Assembly: GCF_006345805.1 (NCBI RefSeq) | Contig: NC_042998.1 | Coordinates: 15,686,001 to 15,750,000 of the forward strand | Origin: Octopus sinensis | Taxonomy: Eukaryota | Length of the DNA: 64,000 bases | Direction of reading: 5' to 3' | Shown here: piece after piece, positions 38,739 through 53,604 of the stretch | Numbering within the stretch: position 1 is the stretch's first letter | Layout of the letters: the number at the start of each line of letters is the position of its first letter | Notes under the pieces: model-generated | Databases searched by the model: none | What the model was told of the DNA's origin: nothing | The model's input: the letters and a program-made list of their open reading frames with translations, nothing else | Program-made: the position numbers and the translations under genes

Positions 38739-41238
38739 AAATATTTAGGTATGTTTTGTTTGCTTTCTTCTACCTATCTTCATATTTTTTCGGCACTCAA
38801 ATGCCCTATGATTTTCCTATGAATCTCTTCATCCTACTATCATCGTTTAGCATTCTGTTTTATGAATTTTCATTTATGCTTGTATTCTGAAACACGTGTG
38901 TTTTCTAGGATTCCTGCAGTTTCTGTTTTATATATAAAAACAAGCTTATGAATACATGTATCACAGTTGCTCAGTCACCATGTGAAATATAAAATATATC
39001 CGTTTTGGGTGAAACATCAAGCTCGCAAGCCCTGGATTAAGTTCACGCCTTATAAGCTTTATAAAATAAAGATAAACTAATCGCTCAAGTATTGCAAGCA
39101 AATTAATTGACACTTTCTCTTTTTTCTATATAGATAAATGATAGTTTATCGATGTCCTAACAAAGAAGATGGAACAGGCGTTAAAATGAATGACTTTCAG
39201 ATCTTTTATGGTGGTATTAAAAAAAGTAACAATGAAGGGCAAATCCAATTTTTATACTAAGCCTACGTTTAATCTCTTGTCATATTCCTAATTATATAAC
39301 CGCATCTACTTCAGCTGAAAAAATGCTGACAAGTACAGAAATAAATTAGATACGTTTGGAAATATTGAAAAGATAAACAGATAAGATATCCGAATGCTAA
39401 CTAAATAATTAAAGCTCCTATACTTTGTCCATCCTTCTACAAAGAACTCTCTGCTCAGTACAGTATTTTGTATTGTGTGAGGCCCCTAACCATAATCGGT
39501 AAACTTAAGACTGAACTAACTACGATAACTAGTTGCAGTGACATGATGCTATCTTAGTGATTTATTATTGACCACTATTGTATCAATGTATTCTAGAGAA
39601 GACACTTAACAATGGATGGGCTTTACGAACATTACTTCGTCAAAATGCACAATATAAAACACATTAGCGTTATGCAAGAATCGAAACAACATATGCAACA
39701 TGTGATTTCTAATCCTGCACGAGCAACCTAATATTAGGCCAATACATCAGTGGATACATTTTTTAGAGGAACATCATCAGACTGTTCATGTGGCGAATGC
39801 TTGATTGTTCCTATTAGAAATATAAGTTAAGTAGCATTGTGTAACTAATCTGGTTTGCCGAAATATAATTTTGAATGGTAGAAAGTATTTTCTACGTGTA
39901 GATTAAATTTTTTTAAACAGAAGAAGCATAATGCGAATTTTAGCAATGAATAGAAGAAATGTATGAGGAAAACAACAGAATTAATAAATGGTGTTATGAG
40001 GAAAGATTACTTGTGATTTAATAAAGCAGATTAGTTCAAGATTATGAGATTAGTTGTAGTTTAGTGGTGGGTTTTATATACTATCGTAGTGCGAAAATAG
40101 AGAACCCGCACGCCTTTTATCAAGTGTCTACATGTTTGTAATGGTAAACGGTTAAATAAATTGGTTGGAAATAAATTTTCATAGAGAATGTAATACTTTA
40201 CGAATGCAGAAGAAATTTACAATGACAATAATCGGGTAAAACTGAAAAATCTAGATAAATATATATTTGATATTTAGCATCATCCTTATACGCATTAGAA
40301 ACATGGACGTTTTCTTCTTTATGCAAGACCACGAATGCAATATAAAGTATCCCGACAAATGACTACATTTATTTATTCATGAGACACGTTATACATTTTA
40401 GGTTCATAACCTCAATAGGTGCAGTCACAACTAATTTGATATATATTTCTTTAGAATAAATAATTGATTGCCTTACATCAATTTTCAATTTTGAATTGCC
40501 ATGTCTATGTCACCAATACTATTTCATTACGTGCAACACAATATTCAGATAACAACCAATATTACCCTTCTTTAATATTTATTTATTAGTTTTTTTGCAC
40601 GTGAAATACATTTCAAATACATTCGTTTCATTGTAAAACAATGTAGCTGTCATTTCGACCGACAGTTGTATGCTAAGCGTATTACAAATAAGCGAAATAT
40701 TGCTTAATATAAAAGCAAAATTGCATTTCATCGCAACAGCCATCGACCTAAAGATATAAAACCAATTGAGATTGGGATCGCTTTAGGTTCAATCATTGTT
40801 CAGAAAATAATTTATACGTTTTCATTCATATATTTTATTGAAGGAAATTGTCAACATGTAAATATTTCCCCAATAAATAAACGGGCACAATATTCGCAAA
40901 CTTCCAGGAATAATATTGCATATTTCATGCACATAGAACTAATACACACATACATACACACACACATATATATATATATAATATATAATATATATATATA
41001 TAATATATATATATATATATAGGTGTTGTAGCATATATATATGAGCGCGTGCGTTGTATGAGAATGTATGCATCCATAAGCTAATACGTATGTGCATATA
41101 CATGTCAATTTATGTAGGTATAAAAATATATATCTATGAATAAATGTATATATAATGTAGATATACACACATAGACGCACATACACATACACACACTTAT
41201 ATACATACAGTTATATATATATATATGTGTGTGTGTGT

Positions 41239-41271
<33 letters not shown>

Positions 41272-41552
41272 ATATGTTTGTGTATGTATATATACTTATT
41301 TTTCAGTGCGGTGTGGTAGAGGACCTTAGAGCAGTAATATGAACGTCATATGAGAAAGGAAAAGGAAGATTATATTATGAACATGACCTAACAACCGTTT
41401 CTGCTATAGATGGAGTGGAATTACAGTTCAGTGCCAGAATAATATACTGCAGCCTCATCGGAGACTTGAACATTAAATGTAAATTTAGCCGGGATAACGA
41501 GTTAGAAAATATATACACATTTGTATGTATGTATGTATGTATGCATGTATGC

Positions 41553-41603
<51 letters not shown>

Positions 41604-41636
41604 CATCTATCAATTTACATATATACACATACATGC

Positions 41637-41719
<83 letters not shown>

Positions 41720-42322
41720 GGGTGAAAATTAGATATTCATTTAATAATATCATCAATTTATCACCAAGCGGCTTAGCACATAAAAACCAGGGATACAATA
41801 CAAATTTATACCTAAATATGAGAGATCGACCACTATGTGGTCTACTGTAGTGCTAAAAATAGATCCACTATGGTATAGCCACTAAAAATTGTTTCCAAGG
41901 AGAAATAACATAACATTTAACGTGGGGCAAGTGAAAAATAAAGAAAAAATAGATTAACCCTGAACAATTGTTTCATTATTATTGTAAATGCAATTTTACT
42001 TACTCAACATCCATAAATCATCAGCAGGCGTTTGTCTTAAATACATATATAGACACACATATATATATACATACACAGTGCGCTATGGGTTAGTAGTATT
42101 TTTTTTCATCGCGCATGCACATTGGTTGCTTTTGAATTTGTTGTCACTTCAAGGGAACCGACTTTGAGAAAAAACAACACCATTAAGCAATTCACTCTGC
42201 CAGAATTTGGGTAATGACATGCTGTACTGATTGGCATTCACGCCGGAAGCTCCAATATGAAGCACCGGCATCTCCAATACGAAGCGCCAGAAGCTCCAAT
42301 GTGAACATTTACCAATACGAAC

Positions 42323-42387
42323 ACGTGGTGTTGACAACAAACTGATGTATTAGTTTAACGCCCGGGAAGGGAGAAAGTTCTTAACGT
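42323..42387 (-). mobile_element. Family F fragment starting at hammerhead stem III
   Basis: gtggtgt..acaacaaac.gatgtattagt.taacgc.cgggaag...ttaacgt matches 12408-12473, and homology stops at ACGTT. Confidence 0.6.
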
Positions 42388-42436
42388 ACATATTATGCAC
42401 AGCAAAGGGAAATCAGAACGACTGCAATAAACTTAA

Positions 42437-42827
42437 ATATATAAAAGTGAGGTTGTGTGTCTGTCTCCTACGATTTAGATTCCTAACTACTCCCACATTT
42501 TGCGGTGCAGTTTAACCAAAAGCGGGTATCTTATAGTCGTGATACATATCGAGCCCTTCTGGGTATTAGCGCGCGTCTACGATGAGTCTACGATAAAAAA
42601 AAAAATACCATCAATTTTTCCCATTTTTAATACATTTTGGGCATATATAAGGGAAGTAACTCTCTAAAATTTTTTATTAAATCTCAGAACGTAAAAACCT
42701 ACAGTAACACTCCCTCACCTTTGTTGTTAGCCATATTGAGATGGCTATTATACATTACATCTCTAAAAAAAATGCTTATATAGTTATTTCCCTTACAAAC
42801 CCGAGCAACGCCGGGCGATACTGCTAG
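42437..42827 (+). mobile_element. Non-autonomous Helitron carrying a family H 3'-end segment (42699-42761)
   Basis: 5' atatataaaagtgagg; 3' hairpin plus CTAG|T at 42824-42828. Confidence 0.85.
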
Positions 42828-43076
42828 TTAAATATATAAGGCCTAGCTAGGATATAATCACATTCCCTTTATAGTTACTTCATCCGTGAATGAGTAGTGA
42901 TGTTCTACTGTCTACTTATTTGTCCTCATGCGAAACGTAACGGATTTCTTCTCCAACAGATACGATACACTATTCACCTCCTTCATACAACATTAATAAG
43001 TACTGTGGCATATATGTTGAATGTAATATAATATAGGTGTAACTATGCTAGAGTCAAGTTAGGTTTATATAAATAA

Positions 43077-43382
43077 CGTCGCCCTTTTCAAGCCTAGCCA
43101 GGCTCATGGGCCCTGTTTCCTGGTTTCTGTGGCGTATGTGTTCCCCCCAGCTGGACGGGATGCCAGTCCATCGTAGCGTTACTCAAGAAACAGAAAGTGA
43201 GAGTGAGAGAAAGTTGGGGCGAAAGAGTACAACAGGAGTCGCCACCAACCCCTGCCGGAGCATCGTTGAGCTTTTAGGTGTTTTCGCCCAGTAAACACAC
43301 ACAACGCCCGGCGTGGGAATGGAAACCGCGATCCTACTACAGCGAGTCCGCTGCCCTAACCACTGAGACATTTCGCCTCCAC
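43077..43382 (-). mobile_element. tRNA-derived SINE, head D + box V + tail T1, full length
   Basis: Head and body homologous to 28550-28743. Box V and tail homologous to 9646-9746. Confidence 0.85.
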
Positions 43383-44299
43383 AATACCACATTAGTATTG
43401 AATATTTAGCTTGGTATGGTTGTGTTCGAACACTCATCACTGCATTAAACTGTCATAACCTTGTTAAGCTCATCATCAGAGAGGAGTGGTGACGAAAAGT
43501 GTACGATCTTTACTCACTTAGCAGTAAATTGTACAGCATTATGGGAATACCTGTGTAACAAGTTATGCTGTAAATTCCGCGTTTAGGAACCATATAACTG
43601 CTCTGATATTAGATATTGTGATTTATTTTATGTGAGATATACCAGCGTTTTGAAGGTTGAATTTTCGTTTTTTTTTATTTTGCAATTAGCAAAGCTTCCG
43701 TATTTATTCCTCCGACATTCGAGGGGAAGTCTATACCGTATGATATTTTTGACTTATTTTCTCTTCTTTGCAAAAATTATTCACAGCCGCTTTGTGACCT
43801 ACCGCAAAACACGCAAAGAGACTGGCATCATTACCATCACGTTATTCAAATGAGAAGACGTTCAGAATTTAAAACGTTAATTCGGTAATCGATTTAGGAT
43901 TAATTTATTTTATAGTCCCTTATGTTCCGAAATTAACATAAAGGACTATTAAGGAAATATGAAACGTACTGAATAAAAGAGCCGACATCAAAATAGTCAC
44001 GTTTTTAATATAAAATCTTCGAAAGAAAACGACATCCCTCTTTGCACATTCATATACACGCACGCAATACACTGAAACAGATGGAGAATATATATTACGT
44101 ACGTGCAAACACTCATACTTACATACATACATGCATACATACATACATGCATACATACATACATGCATACATACATACATATATACATATATATATATAC
44201 ATATATATACGCACACATATATATGTGTATGTGTACATTTGTATATATATATATGTATATATATACACACACACACACATATATATATGTGTGTATATT

Positions 44300-44350
<51 letters not shown>

Positions 44351-44600
44351 TCTTTTACTCTTTTACCTATTTCAGTCATTTGACTGTGGCCATGCTCGAG
44401 CACCACTTGTAGCCGAACAAATTGACCCCAGGACTTACTCTGTCTAAGCCTATTACTTATTCTATCGGTCTCTTTTGCCGACCCGCTAAGTTATGGGGAG
44501 GTAAACACACCAGCATCCGTTGTCATGTGATGTGTGTGTGTCGAAGGGGGACACACAGACACACAAACATGTGCACACACATACATATATATATATACAC

Positions 44601-44695
<95 letters not shown>

Positions 44696-44843
44696 CAACG
44701 GGTTTCTTTCAGTTTCCGCCTACCAAATCCACTCATAAATTTTGGTCGGCCCGAAGCGATAGTAGAAGACACTTGCCCAAGGTTCCACGTAGGGGGACAG
44801 AACCCGGAACTATGTGGTTCATAAACAAGCTACTTAGCACACA
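44351..44843 (-). mobile_element. SINE family A with long internal (TA)n
   Basis: Reverse-complement match to 11318-11772. Confidence 0.85.
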
Positions 44844-47696
44844 ATATGTTTATATCTATATCTATATACATCTATCTATCTATCTATCTATTTAAATTTT
44901 TTTTTTTTATTTTATTTATTTATTTTTTTGTTCTTTTCTTCCCTTTTACGATCCCTCTTGATCGAAAACCTACGCCACCCCATTTTTTTTGTTTCTTTTG
45001 TTTTGTGTTTTTTTCATCCCCCAAAAGAAAAGCTCTACCTTGTAACTTGTCCCATCTGTGTGCAGCCCTGTGTGGCCAATAAAGAAACTTATCTTTCTAT
45101 CTACCTATATATATGTGTGTTACCACTTTTACTAGGTCGAGTGAAGTCCGAAATTTTGAGATTCTTAGTAATTTGGTACGTAATTGCCACGACATTTTAT
45201 CATATTGCCCTGCAGATCTCCAGAGAATCCCATTCTGAAAGAAGAAGGAATTGAATCGCTTGTTTGTGTGATGTGTTGCGCAGACTATTCTCTTTTGGAT
45301 CCTATTTATATAATCTCCACTGAATAAAGTAAAGGATGCATTATATTTTCACATGCTCATTTTCTATTCGGAGACAGTCTCAGCTCGTAGATAACTATAT
45401 TCACAATCACGTAGACAGTACACATTATATAATGAGAGGGAGTTAGGAATTAAATATCCATGTTAATAATATTGAGATTTTCAGAGATGAAATAACATTC
45501 AGACTTCTATTTCGTCGATTGAGAAAAGCATGTGTTCCTCACGTTCAGTCGGGTTAGTTAATCGAATAATTAGTAGATAATAACTTCGCCCAATCATGAC
45601 ACTCAAGGGAGAGAACTAGAAACACGTTGGAATCGACAGTCCTGAGATTTTGGCTCCCTTGGGTTTCGGCCAATACCGAAAACTAGAGAAAATTACAGAT
45701 TTCCTTTTAAGTACAATAACTGTTATAAAGTTTGAAGCATTCATTTCGAACAAACTTGTAATTCCTTTGAAGTACAGAATGGCTTTGCCGAATTCTTACA
45801 CACGCACACACGTACACAAACACAATTGCATGCATAAATACGTACATACACACATACATTCATTCATACATACACACATATATACACACACACACACAGG
45901 TATATAAACTTACATTCATGTGTATGTGTTTATATGTATGCATATGTATTGTTCTGTATGTGCCCACATATTTTCTTAAATATATGCTATTCATTTTGAA
46001 CTAAATGTAGCAAGCATGCTTCTAGCGTTTTCTTTAGAAAATGCTTTTTTGCTTACACTACCTTTTCCCTGTCGTGTAACTAGGTTTGTAACAGATGAGT
46101 TGTTTATTAAGTTGTTGAATATAATTACAAATTACCTTAGCTTTATTACTTTTTATTGGTTTGATAAATCTTAATACGAATTCTCGAGCGGACACTTTCA
46201 GAAAGTTATTCTATTTCTTTTTTTTTTCCCTCCAATGAAAAATATATGTTGACTCGCTCCATACTTACAAACATAAATAACATCGTTTGAAATCTATGAC
46301 ATAGCATTGCTTCGATTGCCGATAGAGTAAATAATGGCCAGCTTTGATTAATCCATATGAGTATTTCAATAAAAATATTCCTAGCCTTTAGATGAAACTA
46401 TAATTTCTGGTCATTAAAACCAACAAAGACCTTCGTATTCCTAATCTTTAGAGTCTGTAACAAAATATCAGTACTTTTCCTATGCTATAATAAAACCAAA
46501 GGAAAAACACATAAATCTTTTAATAAAATTACCAGCGTATTTCTACTAACATGTATTTACGTTTTCGTTTAATTTAATTTAGGAGTTTATGTATGCATTG
46601 AACGCAAGGTGGCTGACTTCAATCCTGGGGTGTAAGCACTAATCTATGAAATAAATCGATATTTTTTCCTTTTGATAATAAATGTAGCGCACACAAGTTG
46701 GCAGGAAAAAGAACATTGGAAATTTGATTTTCATATTCATGCATAACGAAGAAAAAAGAAAATATCATTTCTCGTAAAAAAAAAATATTAAAAAAAAACT
46801 ATAATAAATCAAACATAGAAATCGAAGAATTTAAAAAAGAAAGAAATTTACCCCTTATCTTGTAATATTGAATTCTACATGCACCAACTGGATTACAGGA
46901 TATAATATATCATATGCATAGACACAAAAGAAGCACAAGAATAGGAACACAAACAGCCAGTAACGAACATGTATAGACACACAACGAGGCGCATACAGAT
47001 ATAATCCCGTGCACATACTCATCACATAATACATATTACTACGCACACTAAGAAACACATGCATATATGTATATGCATATATGTATGTGTTTCAGCGTTT
47101 TTAGATATGAGTGTGTGCGTGTATATGTGTAAGCAAATCTATGAACAAAAATATTAGTACATGTGTATACAACATCCATCCAATAATCTGTACATTGATA
47201 ACATAACGGCGCCACAGAGGTATTATGTATGAGATTTCAGTAGTATTCGTCGAAATTTGTTCAACTTCCACTGAAAGTAAAAGAAAAAAGAAAAACAGAG
47301 TTTTAGAATATAATGCGTTATTTAATATGAAGGTATTTTATTTAATATATATGAGTTTGCATCTGTAGGAATCTAACCCTTACTCTTTCGCTATGTATGT
47401 GTGCATGTGCGTATACATATATTATATATGCATAAATACATGCTTACGTACTCACACACACATGCATATGTATATATATATATATACATATATATGTCGA
47501 ACGATAAGAACAAGTGCTCAACGCCGCATTGGTGGATAAAATTTCTTTATTTGTGTATGAAAGCAACCATTGGCTTTATATTAAGAATACAACCACAAAA
47601 ACATACACGCACACACACACACACAAACACACTCTCTCTCTCACACACATGCATGTAAAACAAATATGTCTATTCCACACGGGTATACATACGTAC

Positions 47697-47733
<37 letters not shown>

Positions 47734-47741
47734 ATATATAT

Positions 47742-47860
<119 letters not shown>

Positions 47861-48220
47861 CATTTAAATAATGAAGGAGATAAATTGAATATTAATTTAA
47901 TTAATATCAATTTAAAACCAGTAGCCTAGCATAAAAAATCTGAATAATCAGAGAAAATTCTAATACATGTGTATATTGAACGGACGAAGGATTACGTAAA
48001 TGATTCATTCGTTAAGAGGCGAAATCGCCGGTCTGCGATTAATTCTTGTTTTTTTTATATTATTTTCATCTGTGTTGCTCGCATATTGTTCTGGTGTCCG
48101 CTGAATTTTTCTCTAGAGAACATTCTTTTCTTTGTAGTTTGATCGTAGGTGATCTACTTCTAGCATATGGCTGACCACATAGTGGTTTTTTAGCACTTTC
48201 AAAAAAAAAAAATATATATA

Positions 48221-48422
48221 TAGTTAATCCAAACAAGAAAACACAAACAAAACACAGCAACGCGAGGACGTGGAACAAATAAAGTATTATTCGACGTTCA
48301 GGAAAGAAGGGAAGAAGGAAGGTTTAACGTTTCGAGCGGAGCTCTTTGTCGGAAACATAGAAGAAGGAAAGATCCAGAGAAGGGAAGACAGAGGAAAAAA
48401 AAATCGCCAACGGTACACATGC
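48221..48422 (-). mobile_element. Hammerhead-bearing family E copy
   Basis: High similarity to the reverse complement of 9768-9966. The 3' end abuts (TA)n. Confidence 0.75.
48322..48356 (-). ncRNA. Minimal hammerhead-like motif, mutated core CCGACAA
   Basis: Minus strand reads GUUU-CCGACAA-A-GAGC-UCC-GCUC-GAAA-CGUU-AAAC. The G8>A change suggests an inactive copy. Confidence 0.45.
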
Positions 48423-49491
48423 TCATATATATATTACATAGAATGCTGATGTAACACAGCAATTTATATATATGTATTTATATTTACATACACGTTTTTT
48501 TTACGTTTTCTTTCTTCTTCTATGCACGAATCCACTCTTATTTCGTTTTTTTTTTTTTTTTTGCTGTCTACTCTCTCGCCTTAAATTTCAATTCTACAAG
48601 TATCTCTTTCTTCCTCTCTTTTCTGTTATTAGTATCATTCATTCATTTTCGTTTTCGGAAGATTGCAATTACTCGTATCCGCCATTATTTACTCATAGGT
48701 TCCATCCCAGTACTTATTTCTTTATTCTTCTGAGTTTTTAGCACGATGTTTCATGTCTTGTGTTGTTTCAACTACTACTTTTATTTTTTTTTGTTTTATG
48801 GTCTTTGATTATTTACCACATTTCACAATCCCTGTTTTGCCTGTGTAGTTGCTGAAAATTTGCATAGTGGCTGTTTCTTGTGATATGTGACTTGTGCATA
48901 CAAGTATTTCGTGGTTTATGAGATTAGTTTAAGTACAATAAAAGAGTTTCTCTCTCTCTCACTCCCGCGCACTCTCACTTTCTCTTATTCCTTCTCACTT
49001 CCCCTTTCTCCCTCTTATAAAAATTTGGTGAATCCTGAAATATTTCGCTTCTTGTGAAAACCATCTCAATATAACGTACTTCCTTCTTTACAAGTTTTCT
49101 TCTGCTTCACATGCTCTATTTATTCCTGTGTTAGCTTGCAGAAATTTAACAGCCCTCAAATATTTCTGCGCAAAAGTGCAAATGTCTCGATACTTAACAA
49201 TTCTGCAGTCTTCCCCAACATAATCATAGTATGACACAGGTATATATATATATATATATATATTTATGTATGTGTGTGTGCGTGCGTGTGGGAGTATATA
49301 TAGAGTGAGAGAGGCATATATACATAGACATAAACACACACACACACACACATATATAATGATATCCGTGGGGCAGTGGATGATAGAGCTATGTTGGATT
49401 GTTCGTATGGGTTTTTTATAACACATCCTTTTGATATATATATATGTATGTATCAAATGAAATAAAATGAAAAACAGGACACAAAGGAGGT

Positions 49492-49586
49492 CGCGGTACA
49501 CATGTTTCGAGCTTTATAAAACAACTTATTCTTACATCAATGTATAATCGACATAACAGATAGTTTAAAAGCCCTCTTCAGCCGCA
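49492..49586 (-). ncRNA. Type I hammerhead ribozyme candidate with long stem II/loop, core CUGAAGA
   Basis: Minus strand reads UGCGG-CUGAAGA-GGGCUUU...(large loop)...AAAGCUC-GAA-ACAUGUGU-A-CCGCG. 5-bp stem I, stem II of at least 7 bp, self-complementary stem III, GUA site. Confidence 0.7.
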
Positions 49587-50013
49587 TGCAATTGCTACAC
49601 CAAAGACTTGTATCACATTATGAAAGGTTTCTGAAAGAACATTTGGTATTATTTAGGTAAACTGAGTATCACTGGGAAAGTACGTTTGTAAAACTTCATA
49701 ATCAAATAGGTGTACAGGGTAATATTGGACTCCAAATATCCGTCCATACCGTTTTCTCACTCAATATAGAGTGGATACTGGGTAGATTCCGGTTGGGTTC
49801 ATTCTTCTTGTAAGGGAAGGAAATAAGGAGGATTGGATGTTGAGAAAAAGAGAAAAAGAGAATAAGGAGACCCTGAATTTATTGTACTTACCTCACCTAC
49901 GTTATATATATATATATATATATATAGATATATGTATGTATACACATACACACACACTCACACACACACACACCCACACACACACACACCACACACAACA
50001 CACACATATATAC

Positions 50014-50065
<52 letters not shown>

Positions 50066-51153
50066 TGCACACACATTATACGCACTGTTTCAATACCGCT
50101 TCTTTATTGATAGTAAATTGGTTGAATACCTAACCATCTAAATGAACACCGGCAGGGATATAATGACGGGCATCAGTCGTCTGTACGCTATCAATGTCGG
50201 CATGCTGAACCGATTTAGTTTCGTTATTTTGTCTAAACGTTCGCGCGACTCGTCTCTCCTTAATCAGAGACCAGGAAATGAGAAAAAAATATTTATAAGC
50301 TTTTGCGTTTGTGAATATATTCGTGCATACACACATATTTCTCTGTCTCTACACTACACGCACGCATACCCATCGTTCCTATTATGTTAAACTGTCGTAT
50401 GTCCAAATTCGGCGAAATACTTTTGGTTCAGGTTCAGTATGTATTATCGCATGCAATTGCCTGTTCTTTTTATCAAACTATCGTATCTCCAGCTGCTTCA
50501 GATATCAAGATATGAAAAATTGTCAAAGTGTAGTACAACGGTTTTGTCATGGAAGGGTGACACTATTTTTTTTATTTTCTTTATTTTCAGTTGGTGTGTA
50601 TAAATGCAGATACATTCACACATACACACATACACGCACAAACTGATACACATATACAGATAGACAGACATATAGATAGGGAGATGGGGGGGGGGAGCAC
50701 GGTGGAAACTGGGCCAGGAATCATTCAAAAGATAAACATTGAAATATAATAAATGGAAAGTGGAGAGTGTATAGTAGTTATACAAACTAAAGACGAGACA
50801 GGGATTTAATTAGACAAAATGCCAGCAACAAAAAATGACGATATAATATTTTTCCCTCGTGAATCCGCGAAAAGAATATTTAACCATGTCAGACTTACAG
50901 GTGGAAGAGAGGAGGTGAAAGCCGCGATGCAGCCGCTTTCGTTACACTAAAGTTATAAGAGTTAGTCAAAGCTTAAAACTTGGTGGAAGTGGGGCGTAAG
51001 TCGAGTAAGTTGACTGTAACATTGGAGTCGGGGGTCAATAAATTTACCTGTCACAGAAACAAATTTAAAGCCGTTTGTGTTTGATCTGCGAATGTACAGA
51101 GCCACTACTAAATATTGCAAACCATTTTATCCGATGCATTAACGCTCTAAGTA

Positions 51154-51387
51154 GACTTATTTCTTTACTGCCCACAAGGGGCTACACACAGAAGAGACAA
51201 ACAAGGAAAGACAAATGGATTAAGTCGATTATATCAACCCTAGTGCGTAACTGGTACTTATTTAATCGACCCCGAAAGGATGAAGGCAAAGTCGACTTGG
51301 CGGAATATGAACTCAGAACGTAGCGGCAGCCGAAATACCGCTAAGCATTTCGCCCGGTGTGCTAACGTTTCTGCCAGCTCGCCGCCT
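51154..51387 (-). mobile_element. SINE family B with 8-bp candidate TSD
   Basis: Reverse-complement match to 3235-3467. TCTAAGTA at 51146-51153 and 51388-51395. Confidence 0.9.
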
Positions 51388-51734
51388 TCTAAGTATTCTA
51401 TCATCCTTCTGAGCAATTTTGATTTATCAAAGTTCGGCACAAAGCGGTCAGTTTTAAGGGAGGGGTAAACCGATTGCATTGATGTCAGTACTCAGTTGCT
51501 ATTCACTTTATAGACTACGAAAGGAGGAAATACAGAGTCGACCTCGTCGTGATTTTAAACTCAGAACATAAATACATACGCAATCGTGACTGGCATGACA
51601 ACGCTTATGTCAGCTCTGAGCCCTTCTGTATAGTCCAATAAGTTTTTCGTTGTTATAATTGTGATATTTGGGAATTTATACAGATTGATAAACTTTGAAA
51701 AGTTGCTTTATTTCTAATATAATTGACTTTACAG

Positions 51735-51981
51735 ATGTAAGGTATACTAGCCATCTCAATATGGCTAACCACTAAGGGTGGGTGTTACTGTAGCTTGTAG
51801 CCCCAGGAGATCATCGTCTCCAGCTGGCTTTAGGCACACTTTCTATGCCCTTTGCAAACACCATAAGGGAACAGAAAGTGTGCCTAAAGCCAGCTGGAAA
51901 CGATGATCTCCTGGGGCTACAAGCTACAGTAACACTACCCTTAGTGGTTAGCCATATTGAGATGGCTAGTATACCTTACAT
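51735..51981. mobile_element. Tail-out inverted dimer of family H 3' portion
   Basis: Near-perfect arms of about 117 bp (51735-51852, 51865-51981), homologous to 20050-20170. Confidence 0.85.
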
Positions 51982-52405
51982 TGTCGTGCAGTTACTGTTT
52001 ACATCTCGTTCAGAGATTTATTATTGCTTACTTTACAGAATTTCACTGCAATTATCGGTTCGACAGGGAGATTTTTAGTAAATATTAATAATTTCCTGAC
52101 CACAGTGTAAATTAAATGAAACAGAGTAACATATAAAATACTTCAGAATGTTGCCGCAACTTTCTATTTCTATAATTTCTGACACGAGAATTACTTCAAA
52201 TTTACTCTGATTAATAATTGTGGTAATATTTTCGAATATCAAGGATTAAAACAAAATAATGGGAACAAAATATCTGCTGAGATTGATACGTAATCCATAT
52301 CTCATTAACATTACTCTGCTTTGTGGAAAAATAAATGTTATCTTAACACCATGCATTTTCGTCATATATATATACATATATATATATACACATAGATACA
52401 TATAT

Positions 52406-52476
<71 letters not shown>

Positions 52477-53409
52477 TATATATATGTATATATATATATC
52501 CTTCCCACTGGTGATACACCTGACCCATTATCATATTATCTGGTAAATATCCCTCTTTACATTGCTAAATGAGGGAATGAATTCATTGCAGTTCTTAATC
52601 CAATTCATTTGCTGCTCAACTCATTTGTTATCTTCCTTAAACATATATGCTCTCATATAATGGCTTTTTTGTCACCATTACACTATAACTTTCACCCGCA
52701 GAAATCCTTCTATAGTTCTTCATTATCTTTAAATCATACGCTCTTGTCATTCATACACTTTATATATTATTACAGTTTTCTATGTGTAACCACATCTTCC
52801 CTTACATCGAATTGAAGGATTTCAATAAGACGTAATTCTCTCCTGAAATAACATAACAAGTATAATGAAAAGCCCTATTCGTATTCATCTTAATGCAATT
52901 AATACAAAAATTAAACTGAATTCTACTTCATAAGAATCACGCAATCCCGACAAAAGTCTCTCAAAAGCTCATTTATTATCGTCAAAAAGACAAGGCATAT
53001 TACTAAGCAAAGACTGAATCATAAACTCTACGTTTAATATTTAGGAGATTACATAACTGAGACATTTTATGTAACAAGGGAAATGGTAAGGACGACATCT
53101 CACAAGCGTTTCTACTCATAAATATTAAATTAGTCGCTCATTTCCAGTTTATAGCTGCATGGTGTAGGACGGTTTTGGGCCAGATACACAGTGCAATGCA
53201 AGAAAAATGTGCATATCAAACATTTGGAGAGACGATCGACAGCCACCTTAACAGTCATACGCAAGGACCATAAACGTGATTCTCAAGACATGATAATAGG
53301 GAAAAAATAGTATACATATTAATCCGGGATATACATTTTATGTATGAAATACGGAGTTGCAATCTCGTAAGTATTTCTAAAAATCAGTATCAGGGACCTT
53401 TCCAGCCGC

Positions 53410-53604
53410 TATCAATTTGTGCCGGTTGCACTCGTGACGCGAGGGGATTTAGTACCTTGTATAACTGACTTCTTCCGCAAAATAGGGATAGCAGTGGCCT
53501 GTCGGAGAAATGAGTCCTGCGAAGTGGAGCGGCTGCCGCAGCGAGTATCGATGACCATTCTCCGTGGCAACACTATCGTGGTCATTACCGCGAGGAGCAG
53601 ATAA
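53410..53604 (+). pseudogene. CRE-like RLE non-LTR retrotransposon C-terminal fragment
   Basis: YQFVPVALVTRG...FFRKIG...LPQRVSMTILRGNT resembles the CRE motif FVPxAxETLG...FLxxLG...FLxQRxSxAIQRGNA. Confidence 0.5.
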
